Source: the human T2T-CHM13v2.0 reference genome, Homo sapiens
Length of the DNA: 64,000 bases
Assembly: GCF_009914755.1 (NCBI RefSeq)
Contig: NC_060926.1
Reading direction: 5' to 3' (one strand)
Shown: piece by piece, positions 13,301 to 27,827 of the stretch
Layout: each line of letters starts with the position of its first letter
Numbering within the stretch: position 1 is the stretch's first letter
Program-made: the position numbers and the translations under genes
The notes under the pieces: generated by a model
What the model saw: the letters and a program-made list of their open reading frames with translations, nothing else
Database searches by the model: none
Told to the model about the DNA's origin: nothing

Positions 13301-16119
13301 TTCTGGCATAAATCCTACTTAGTCATGGTGTATAATCCTTTTAATGTCCTTTTGGATTTGATTTGCTAGTGTTTTATTAAGAATATTTATGTCCATATTT
13401 ATAAAGAAAATGGTCTGTAGTTTTCTTTGACATGTTTGTCTGGCCTTGGTATCAGGGTAATTCTCTTCTTGCTGACTGTTAAGAAGTATTCCCTCATCCA
13501 TTTTTTGGAAGAGTTTGAGCAGTATTGTTGTTAATTATTTGTTTGGTAGAATTCACCAGTGAAGGCATCTGCTTCTTAATTTCCCTTTGTTGGGGGATTT
13601 TTTATTTCTTATGCAAAGTATTTAATTGTTATATAGGCTGTTGAGTTTATCTATTTCTTCTTGAGTCATTTTGGTAATCTGTTTCTAGGAATTTGTGCAT
13701 TTCATCTAGATTATCTATTTTTGGCATAGAACTATTCATAGTATTCTCTATAATTATTTTTATTTTTGTAAGCTGAATTAGTAATGTGCCTGCTTTCACT
13801 TCTGATAGTAGTAATTATGTGTTTTTTCCTTTTAGTCAATCTAGCTGAAGATTTGTCAACTTTGTTGATATTCTCAAGGAACAAACTTTTCATTTTGTTG
13901 ATTCTCTCAATTGTTTTTCTATTCTGTAATTTGTTTATAAGTGCTCTCCTCTTTATTATTTCCTTCCTCTGCTGGCTTTGGGTTTAGTTTTCCCTCCTTT
14001 TTCTAGGTCCTTAAGGTGTAAATTTAGGTTGTTGATTTGAGAGCTATCTTTTAATGAGGAATTTACAGTCATAAAACTTCTTCTGAGCACTGGCTTTGCT
14101 GCACCCATAAATTTGGGTGTGTTGTGTTTTCATTTTCATTTATCTCATATTGCTTTCTAATTTCTCTAGTAATTTCTTCTTTGCCCTATTGGTTGTTTGA
14201 ATGTGGTATTTAATTTCTATGCATTTTCCATTTTTCCAGTTTTCCCTTCATTGTTGCTCTAGCTTTATTCCATTGTGGGTGGGAAATATACTTTGTGTGA
14301 TTTTTGACCATTTAAATATCTTGAGAATTGCTATGGTTAACATATGGTCTATCCCAGAAAATGTTACATGTGCACTTAATGTATATTCTGATGTTGCTGG
14401 ATGGGGTGTTTTGGATATGTTTGTTAAGTCTAGTTCATTTATAGTGTTTTCTAGTCCTCTATTTTCTTATAAATTTTCTGTCTAGATGTTTTATCCATTA
14501 TCTAAAGTGAGGCGTTGAAGTCTCCAACTATTTTTACACAGTTGGCCCCTCCATGTATTTGGGATCTGCATCCATGATTCAGCCAACCATGCATAAAAAA
14601 TATTAAAAAAAAGAAAAATAATGGTACAACAATAAAAATGCAAGTAAAAATAAGTATAGCATAACAACTATGCAGCATTTACATTGTATTTGGCATTATA
14701 AATAATCTAGAAATGATTTAAAGTGTACAGAAAGATGTGTGTAGGTTATATGCAAATATGACACTATTTTATTTAAGAGGCTTGAGCGTCTGTGGATTTT
14801 GGCTTCCATAGGGGGTGCTAGAACCAATCCCCCATGGATACCAAGGCATAACTATACATAACTGTCTATGCCTCCCTATGATTCTGTCAATATATGCTTC
14901 ACACATTTTAGGAATCAGTATGCATGTATGTTTCTAATTTTTATATCTGCTTGATGATTTGAGACTTTTAGCAATATAAGATGTTACCTTTTGTCTCTTG
15001 TAACAATTTATAACAAATCTATTTTGCTGGTAATATTATAGCCACTCCAACTCTCTTTGGTTACTATTTCCATGGAATATCTTTTTTCATCCTTTCGCTT
15101 TTAACCTATTTGTGTCTTTAGGTCTAAAGTGAATCTCTTTTTAAGCACCATATATTTGGATCATTATTTACCTCATTCTGCCAGTCTTTCTGTTTTAATT
15201 GGTGAGTTTAATCTCTGACATTTAAAGTGATTACCAATAATGAAGAATTTACTTCTGCCATTGTGCTATTTGTTTTGCATGTCAAAAGTTTTGTTCCTCA
15301 ATTTGTCCAATATTTGTTTCTTTTATTTTTGATTTGTTCTAATGGGTCGTTGTGATCGCTCTTTATTTCCTTTTCTGTATACTTTTTAGTTATTTTCTTA
15401 GTGGTTACCATGGGAATTATAGTTAACCTCCTAAATTTATAACAATCTTGTTTGAATTGATATGAAGTTAGTTTTAGTAGCCAACATTAACTGTTCCTAT
15501 TCAGCTTCAACCTCTTTCATATAGTTATTGTCACAAATTATATCATTTACATTGTGTGCCCATTAACACTGATTTGTAATTATTATTTTACGCATTTGCC
15601 TCTTAAAGAGTAAAGAAAACAACAAAAGGAATTACATACCAAACATACAAGAATACTAGTGTTTGTATTTACCTGTGTAGTTATCTTTACTAGTACTATT
15701 TATTTCTTCATATGGCTTAGAATTATCTTCCAGTATCCTTTCACTTGAACATGAAGAGCTCTTTATAGCATTCCTTTTAGGACAGGTCTACTAGTAACAA
15801 ACTCTCTTACCTTTTATTTATCTGGAAATGTCTTAATCTTGTCTTCATTTTTGAAGAGTAGTGTTACTAGATAGAGAATTCTTGACTGACATATTTTTTT
15901 TCAGGACATTAAATATATCAACATGTTGCCTTCTGGCTTCCATAGTTGATGATGTGAAATCAACTGTTCATCTTATGGAAGAGTCCTTATTTATGACAAG
16001 TCACTTTTGTCTTGTTCCTTTCAAGATTCTCTCTTTGCCCTTCAATAGTTTAATTATAATGTGTGTTGGTGTGACTCTTCTTTGTGTTTATCCTGCTGGA
16101 AGTTTTCTGAGCTTCATGA
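10398..16119 (-). mobile_element. Old L1M (L1MB-like) element, 3' end through ORF2 into ORF1, with a nested L1MA-like 3' fragment (~11005-11705) and MER2
   Basis: Poly-T, antisense L1 3' UTR, and degenerate ORF2 peptides on the minus strand (e.g. ORF 13319..13501 INILNKTLANQIQKDIKRIIHHD). Confidence 0.85.
14539..14854 (-). mobile_element. MER2-like (TcMar-Tigger) non-autonomous DNA transposon
   Basis: Degenerate terminal inverted repeats cagttggcccctccatgtat / ggataccaaggcataacta; internal aataatctagaaatgatttaaagt...gtaggttatatgcaaata motif. Confidence 0.75.
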
Positions 16120-19100
16120 ATCCTTCTCCACATCCTTGGCAACACTTCTTATTTTCTATTTTGTTTTGTTTTTGTAGTGACCATCCTAATGGATATGAAG
16201 GATATCTCATAGTGGTTTTGATTTGCATTTCTCTAATTATTTTTTTACATGATTCCTGGACATTTGTATATCTTCTTTGGAGAAATGTCTAGTCAAGCCC
16301 TTTATCCATTTTGAAACTGGGTTATGTTGTTGTTATTGTTGAGTTGTAGGAGTTGTTTATATATTCTGGACATTAACCCATTCTCAGGTTTATGATTTGC
16401 ATACACTTTCTCCCATTTTTTAGGTTGCTGTTTCACTCTGTTGATGTGCAGCTATTTTCTTTGATGCACAAAAGTTTTTAAGTATAATATAGTCCCATTT
16501 GTCTATTTTTGCTTTTGCTGCCTACACTTTTGGTGTCATATCCAAAAAAGCTTGCCAAATTCAGTATAATGAAGCTTTATCCCTGTTTTCTTCTAGGAGT
16601 TGTATAGGCTTGGATATTTAATCTGTTTGAGTTAGTTTTTATATATGTTTTAAACCAAGAGTCCAACTTCATTCTTTTGCATATGGATAACCAGTTTCCC
16701 CAGAATCACTTCTTGGAGAGACTGTCGTTTTTCCTTTGTGTAGTCTTGGCACCCTTGTCAAAAATCACTTGACAAGATCACATGAGAGCTTATTTATGGA
16801 CTCTTTATTCTGTTCCAGTATTCAATATGTCTGTCTTTAGGCCAGTACCACTGCTTTGATTACACTACAGTGTTTTGATTATTGTAGCTTTGTAATGTGT
16901 TTTGATATCTGGAAGTATGAGGCCTCCAACTCTGTTCTTCTTTCTCAAGATTGTTTTGGCTATTCAGGATCTGTTGAAATTCCATATAAATTTTAGGATC
17001 TTTTTGTACTTATACAAAAAATACCATTGGGATTTTGATAGGGATTGCATAGAATTGTACATCACTTTAGGTAGTATGGACATTTTAACAATTAAGTCTT
17101 TCAATCCATGAACACAAAATGTCTTTTTTATTTATTTGTGTCTTCTTTAATTTCTTTCAGCAATGTTTTGTAGTTTTCAGTGTACAAGTCTCTCACTTCC
17201 TTAAAATTATTCCTAATTTGTTCTTTTTGGTGCTATTGTAGATGGGATTATTCTCTTAATTCCTTACCTGATTGTTCATTGTTAGTGTATAGAAATGCAA
17301 CTTATTTTGTGTATTGATTTTATATCCTTTAAGTTTGCTGAATTTATTAGTTCTAACAGTATTTGTGGAATCTTTAGGGTTTTCTACATGGAAAATCATG
17401 TCCTCTACAAACAGATAATTTTACTTCTTTTCTAATTTGGATATTGCTCCTTTCTTTTTCTTGCCTAATTTCTCTAAGACTTCCAGTACTATGTTGAATA
17501 AAGGGAGAAGAGTGGACATTGTTGCCTTATTCCTAATCTTAGAGGGAAAGCTTCCAATCTTTCATTATTAAGTACAATAGTAGCTGTAGGCTTCCTTATG
17601 TTGATATAGTTTCTTAGTATTCCTAGTTTGCTGAGTGTTTTTATCATGAAAGGATGTTGACTTTTGTCAAATGATTTTTCTGCATCACTTGAGATAATCA
17701 TGTGGGTTTTGTCCTTCATTTTGTTAATGTGGTATATTACATTAATTTTCATATGTTGAACCATCCTTGCATTCCAGGAATGAAGCCCATTTTTTTCATG
17801 GTGATTATCTTTTTAACATGCTGTTTAATTCAGTTTGCTACTGTTTTGTTGAGGATTTTTGCATCACTGTTCACCAGGGACATTGGTCTGTAGTTTCTTT
17901 TTCCTTGTAGTATCTCTGTCTGGTTATGATATCAGCGTAATTTCTGTCTCATAAAATGAGTTAGGAGCATTTCTCCCTTTTCAATCTTTTGAAAGAGGTT
18001 TGAAGAGAATTGTTATTAATTATTTCATTGTTTGGCAGAATTCTCCAGTTAAGCCATGTGGTACTGGGCTTTTATTTGTTAGGAGGTTTTTGATTATTGA
18101 TTTGATCTCCTTACTAGTTATAGATCTATTCAGTTTTTTAATTTATTCATGATTCAGTCTTAGTAGGCGGTATGTTTCTAGGAATTTATCCATTTCTTCT
18201 TGGTTATGCAATTTGTCGGTGTAATATTGCTCTTAGTAGTCTCATAATCCTTTTAATTTCTGTGTCATCAGTTGTAATGTTTCCCCTTTTGTTTCTGATT
18301 TTAGTTATTTGAGTCTTCTCTCTTTTTTCTTGGCTAGTCTAGCTAAGAATTTGTCAATTTTGTAGGTCTTTTCAAAAAAAAACAAATCTTGCTTTCATTG
18401 ATTTTTTTTCTATTGTTTTTCTATACTCTATTTCTAATCTTTATTATTTTCTTCCCTCTGCTAACTTGGGCTTTCATTTGTTCTTTTCCTAGTTCCTTGA
18501 AAAGTAAAGTTAAATTGTTAATTTGGGACCTTCCTCCTTTTAAAATGTGTTTACCACTATAAACTTCCTTCTCAGTACTGCTTTCACTGCATCTCATACA
18601 TTTCGATATGTTGTATTTTTCCTTCATTTATCTCAAGATATCTTCTAATTTCCCTTGTGATTTATTCTTTGACACATTGGTTGTTTAAGAATATGTGACT
18701 TAATTTTTATATTTTTGTGGATTTTCCAGTTTTCCTTTTGTTATTATTTCTAGGTTCATTTCATTTTGTTCAGAAAAAATACTTTGCTTTCAACTTTCTT
18801 TTTTTAAATATTTGTTTTGTGGCCTAACATTCAGTCTATTCTGGAGAATATTCCATGTGTACTTGAGAAGAATGTGTATTCTGCTGTTGTTTGGTGGAGG
18901 GTTCTCCACATGTTGGTTAGGCCCAGTTGATTGGTGGTGTTCAAGTCCTTTGTTTCATTATTGATATTCTGTGTAGTTGTTCTGTCCATTATTGAAAGCA
19001 GAGCATGAAGTCTCCTGCTAATACTGGGTTGCTGTCTATTTCTTCAGTTCTGTCAAAGCTTGTTTTATGTATCTGAGAGCTCTGATGCTAGGTGCACATA

Positions 19101-19230
19101 TAATTGTTATATCCTCTTAGTGGATTTGGGTAGTATGGACATTTTAACAATTAAGTCTTTCAATCCATGAACACAAAATGTCTTTTTTATTAAGTCATAA
19201 GTTGATATAACAACTTATGACTTAAAATCT
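16120..19230 (-). mobile_element. Second old L1 ORF2 segment (L1MA/MB-like), lacking a 3' UTR and poly(A)
   Basis: Degenerate ORF2 peptides (17489..17764 [24 protein letters not shown]). Repeats the L1 interval already covered by ~11715-15020. Confidence 0.85.
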
Positions 19231-19231
19231 A

Positions 19232-22601
<3,370 letters not shown>

Positions 22602-22612
22602 ATCTATTCTTT

Positions 22613-24030
22613 AAGTTCACTGATTCTTTCTTCTGCTTAATCACATCTGCTGTTGAACCCCTCTAGTGAATTTTTCAATTCACTTATTGTATTCTTCAGC
22701 TCTAGAATTTCTATTTGGTTCTTTTTTATAGTTTCTGTCTCTTTGTTGATATTCTCATTTTGTTCATGCATCACTTTTCTGAGTTGTATTTGTTGTCTCT
22801 GTTTTCTTTTAGCTCATTGAGCATCATTAACATTGTTGTTTTGAATTATTTTTCAGGTAATTAATATATCTCCATTCCTTTTTTTTTTTTTGCTTTGTAA
22901 TTAGTATATTAAGGAGACTATATATTTCAAGAATTGCTTAAATTCTGATACCCAGATTTAAGCATGTGAACATATGAGACTCTTAAACATACAATTAAAG
23001 CTATTCATCATAATTTGCTATACTACCAACATTACTTTGGAGCGTAAGTCAAATGGTTTAAAGTAATCCTGTAACATACCTAAAGAACACCTTCCTATAT
23101 TATGCATGCAAATTCTCCACGTAAAGGTCTTTTCACTTTAATTTCTATGTTACCCAGCTCTGAAGTCACTACTCAGGCTTATCATGGTCCACAGACAAGA
23201 AGGGGGGCAAATGACCAGGACTGGTCAAGAATATATCTCCATTTCTTTGGGACCAATTTCTAAAGATTTATTTTGCTCATTTGATTGGGCCATTTCCTCA
23301 TATCTTTGTGTGCTTTTCCCTACATTTTTTATGCCTTATGATATTTAGTTGATAATATGACATTTGAAAAAACAGCTATCTCATCCGATTTTCACAAACT
23401 GGCCTCTTACAGGTGAAGGGCTTCACCAATTATCCCAGCTAGAGATTTGGGGGACTCTCTGAAACCTTTTCTGGGGATGTGTCTTCTCTGGGCTTGTGTG
23501 TGTAATTTCCCAGTGAAAAAGATTTGCCCGTTTCTTTCAGGAGCCTGTAATATCTTGTTCCCCCTGGTGTCTCTCTGAAGTACTGCAGTATCTCCAATGC
23601 TGTAACAAGCTGTGACACTCATTTCTGTTCTCAGAGGTCCCAACCTGACCTGCAAAATATGCCACTGTTCTCATCAGCATTCTGAATCAGGCAAGACGGA
23701 AACCTATTTCTTCAGAAGTCCCCCAAAACACAAGAATTTTGAATGTGCATTCCACTCTCTTCTCCAAAGGAGGAGCCAGGATTGGGGAGCTTTCTTCCAA
23801 TTGCATCACATTGTTTTGGGGAGGAGGGGAGGTTAGGGCAGGCAAAATGCAACAAGCTTTCTTACTCTCCTTCATGCAGCTTTTCTTGGGTTTGTACTTG
23901 TCTGAGGTGCCACAACCTCTTCATTTGTTTCTGGAATTCTCGCAAAGGCGATTTGGTTCATATATTGTTAAGTCAGTGTCTCTGTAGGGGAATGAGGGCC
24001 TGGGTTTTTATTCCACCATCTTGCTGACAT
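22613..24030 (-). mobile_element. Continuation of the old L1M (ORF1/5' region), interrupted at 22879-23229
   Basis: aagttcactgattctttcttctgc...tcagctctagaatttctatttggttc antisense L1M ORF1 motifs. Confidence 0.7.
22879..23229 (-). pseudogene. Short retroposed insert not recognisable as a TE (processed 3'-UTR fragment or orphan transduction)
   Basis: T13 tract at 22879-22891; direct repeats aatatatctccatt at 22863-22876 and 23230-23243; interrupts otherwise contiguous L1 sequence. Confidence 0.75.
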
Positions 24031-24880
24031 CATTCCAATAAGAATGTTTTGCTGTCTTCTGGGTACGAGTTTGTTTGTGGATGGAGTCCTGTGATTGTGC
24101 TGAGTTTAGACTGTTCTCTTCCAAAATCCAACATCTAAATAAATAAGTGATGCTTTCAGCAATAAGAGTGATAATCATGAATTGTTTTCTTTCTCCCTAC
24201 CCATTCCATTCTAGCAGTGTCTGACTCAGAAGCAGCTCAGACTGGAAACAGAATCCAGGACCTGGGCCATCACACCACACTAGCTTCCCCTGGAGTCCCA
24301 CCGCCTGCTTATCAGCCATAGAAAGTTTGGCTTCTGTTCTTTATGTATCAAAACAGCAAAGCCAAATAGTTTAGACTTATTTAGGCTTGCAAAGAGGAAA
24401 GAAGATAAAAATAGCTAAAATGAGCTAGTATAAGAATTACTGCACTGAGGCAAATATTTGGGTTTGTTTTGCTTTGCTTTGTTTTTCAGAGTCACTGCTA
24501 GGCATACTTGTGTGAAATCTCTTTGAAGCCCATGTTTGGTTCTGCCAGATGTCAGGCTCCAAATACGGAGAAAAAAAAATGCTGAAAATTTTATGTGTAT
24601 CATACTTCTTTAAAATCAGATAACCTAATGAGGTAATAGGGAAAAGTGCCTACCATAATTCACAGAGATGGTTATTTCTAACCTTTGCAAGCTACCAAAG
24701 TCCTGATAGAGCAGAGGGCATGGCTATGATGCTGTCATCTGACACCTGACACTAGCTTCAACAGATGTTTCTCAGGGGAGAATTTCTTAGGAAACCATCT
24801 TACCATATTTTTTTATTATAGTCATTTTCTTTGCTTTTTGTTTCTTCCTCTGTTTGTTTGTTTGTTTCTTTGTTTTTTAG

Positions 24881-25082
24881 GTTAGATGCAAACAAACCAA
24901 TACAGTACTTGGAAAACAAAACAGTTTTAAACCAGGCTTTAGAACGGTTGAATTGGCCCATTTCACTGAAAGAGCTGTCGATGCTGGAAAGTGAAATCCT
25001 AGCTGGGAAAATGTACATCCAGCAGGCCATGGAACTCCAGGAGGCTGCCAAGAAGAATTATGCAAACAAGGCCCCGGGAGAG
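24881..25082 (+). CDS. VWA3B: VWA3B internal coding exon (202 nt, phase 2 to 0): (K)LDANKPIQYLENKTVLNQALERLNWPISLKELSMLESEILAGKMYIQQAMELQEAAKKNYANKAPGE
   Basis: Long T-rich tract then ttttag| acceptor; GAG|gtgggt donor. Lies within ORF 24831..25301; phases match neighbours. Confidence 0.9.
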
Positions 25083-25324
25083 GTGGGTGCCCTGGAGGTC
25101 TCTGTCTTTCCTCCCTCTCTGCCTATCCCAAGTCATTGCCATTCCTACATTGGCTTCCTTCTCTGTCTCCCACTCCCCGCCACACTGATTTCTAAAAGTG
25201 TTAGAGCCAATCCAGTTAAGGTCTCAGTACTTTTTTTCATCATAAAGGAAATGCCATTCGATTGTACTATGGACTTATTTTTAAAACAATACGTCTTTTA
25301 ATTGAAAAAAAAAAGCTAAATAGA

Positions 25325-25552
25325 AGTATAATGTAGTGATTAAAAGCCTGGACTTTCACAGGAGCCAGACCAAGAACTAGCCGCAGATCTACCATCTAAC
25401 CTGTGTGTGATTTTGGTTACTCAGTCTCTTTAAACCTCAGTTTTCTTACTTGTAAAATAAGAGTATTAATAGTATCCATCTCATAGGGTTGTTATAAAGA
25501 GAAATGAACATGTGAAGTGCTTAGTATTGAAAGCTCCCCATAAGTGTTAGCA
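25325..25552 (+). mobile_element. MIR
   Basis: cctcagttttcttacttgtaaaataag...ctcatagggttgtt MIR core. Confidence 0.75.
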
Positions 25553-26052
25553 ATTTTTTTTAATAATCATTAATAAGGCAAACCTTCTAGAAAGAAAAAT
25601 AATTTATAATCCGGTTGCCTTATTGCTACCACTTGGGAGCCTTTCCTTTTAGTTTTTTTTCTCCTCAAATGTTTTCTACATAGGTGCAATCAGAGTGTCC
25701 ATAATTATTGTATATTCTGCTTTTAAATTTAGCATTATTTCATAGACTTTCTCTGTGTTTTTATTGAATTGTCAGATTCATATGGGTGATGGTTACATAA
25801 TATTCCATGGTGTGAGTATACCCTGGTTTATTTGATTCTTCACTAAATGTTAAACATTTATAGTTATTTTCCAGTTTTCTGCTTTCTCACATAATATTTG
25901 CATGACTACTGTGGTGCACAGTTGAATTATTTTGTTAAGATACAGCCTTAGAAGTAGTATTTCTGGATCAAAGAGTATAAACATTTGGAGTCTATAAATA
26001 CACATGGCCAGTGTGAAACCTACTCTCTGACTATACATGGGTGTGTGTGGAC

Positions 26053-27283
26053 GGTGCTTTGTTTGAATGTGTCCCCCAGAGTTCATGTGTTGGAAACTTG
26101 ATCTCCCTTGCAGCAGTGTTGGAGGTGGGACATTTAAGAGGTGTGTGTGGGAAAAACAGTTCTCTCAACCGGTGCTCTCGCACCACAACAGCAATCATCA
26201 ACAGGGAAGAAGGCTTCTGTGACCAAAGGTGTGGGGGATTTCCCCACACATACCAAGCGGCAGACACCGGTTGGTTCTCCTCCAATTCAACTCTGACACT
26301 ACCTACCTAGAGATGACATCAGATCCCACAGGTTGAGGGCTCAGTCCCCAAGACTGGCCCTCCCAACACATCAGTCACAAGTCTGGGCCTCCAGAACTTC
26401 TGACTGACCCGCTTCAAGTTGGGGTTCCCACAACTCCCTCTTTGAGTTTGATTAATTTGCGTGAGTGGCACACAGAACTCTGGGAAACACCAACGTTTAG
26501 CAGTTTATTATAAAGGATATTACAAAGGATACAGATGAAGAGATGCATCATGTGAGCGATGCAGGAAGGGTGCAGAGCCTCCTTTCCCTGAGTGCTCTCC
26601 CTGGGTGGGCCACCCTCCAGGAGCCTCCATGTGTTCAGCTGTCAGTAAGCTCTCCAAACCCTGTCCTTTTGGGTTCTTATGGAGGCCTCATTACTTAGGG
26701 ATGATCGATTAAAGCATCGGCTCTAGTGATCAACTTACCTTCAGCCCCTCTCCCCTCCTGGAGGTTGGGGGTTGGCGCTGAAAGTCTTAACTCTCTAATC
26801 CTGCCTTGGTCTTTCCGGTGACCAGCCCCACCCTGAACCTACCCAACAAAGACACACAAAGAACAGTACTTCAGAGACCCCAAGGATGTTAGGAGTTATG
26901 AGCCAGGAATCATGGAAGAAAAGAAATGTATATCTATATGCCATATAAATATATATATGCCATGTAAATATATATATGCCATAATACCACAAGCTGGCTA
27001 GACCATGAGGGCTCTGGTCATAAATGGACCAATGCCATTATCACAGGAGTGGATTCCTTATTAAAGGAATTCCTTTTTAAAGAGCTTGGATCTCTGTTGT
27101 ACACTCTTTCTATCCCATGTGATGCCTTTTGCCAGGTTATGGGCAGCAAGATGGCCCTCACCAGGTGCTGGCCCCTTAATCTTGGACCTCCCAGCTTCTA
27201 GAACAGTGAGCCAGTAAGTTTCTGTCTATTATAAATTACCCAGTTGGTGGTATTCTCACAGCAGCACAAAACGAACTAAGAGA
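26053..27283. mobile_element. MaLR LTR (MST/MLT1A-like) interrupted by a MER21-like LTR (~26145-26990)
   Basis: tttgaatgtgtcccccagagttcatgtgttggaaactt start and cagcacaaaacgaactaaga end are MaLR termini. Internal tcagatcccacaggttgagggctcagtcccc is MER21-like. Confidence 0.7.
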
Positions 27284-27827
27284 GATCTGGAATAGTTCAT
27301 CCAAAATCTTACTAAATCCTAGATAATTTTCAGATGTTCACCACATTATAGTCTAAAAATCATTCCCAAAGATCTGACCTTTCAGGTTCATCATCTTTGG
27401 TTCAGTCTTTGCCAAGTGATACTGGTTTAGCCTGGCTTAAAATTCTCTTTTTGATGCTCTAGATTCTTGTGTTTTGTTTCATTTTGTTTTGTTTGTTCTC
27501 TTTCATTTTATTCTTTCTTCTGCAAATCACATTTTTTCTTCAGTGTCAAAAGCTATGTCTTTTGTGCAGAATGTAAAATTTTTATCACAGAAGGTCATAT
27601 GTCTAGTAATGTTATTCAAACAAAATGACTTCCTCAAAGAATTATTCAGTGTTTCTTTGGGAAGTACCATCTGACACCCCCAGACATTTCTCTGTCTATT
27701 TACCTTCCTCGCCTGCATGCCCTGTGGGCACCTAAGACTCAAGAGGACCAAGAGTGAATTACCTGCCTCTCCTTGAAAAGATGATCTTCTTCTCATTGTG
27801 CTTTTCCCTGTCTGCTTGCTCTTTCAC

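Noticed and set aside
24831-25301. 156-aa ORF as a standalone gene
   Set aside because: Only 24881-25082 is bounded by splice sites; the rest is intronic read-through.
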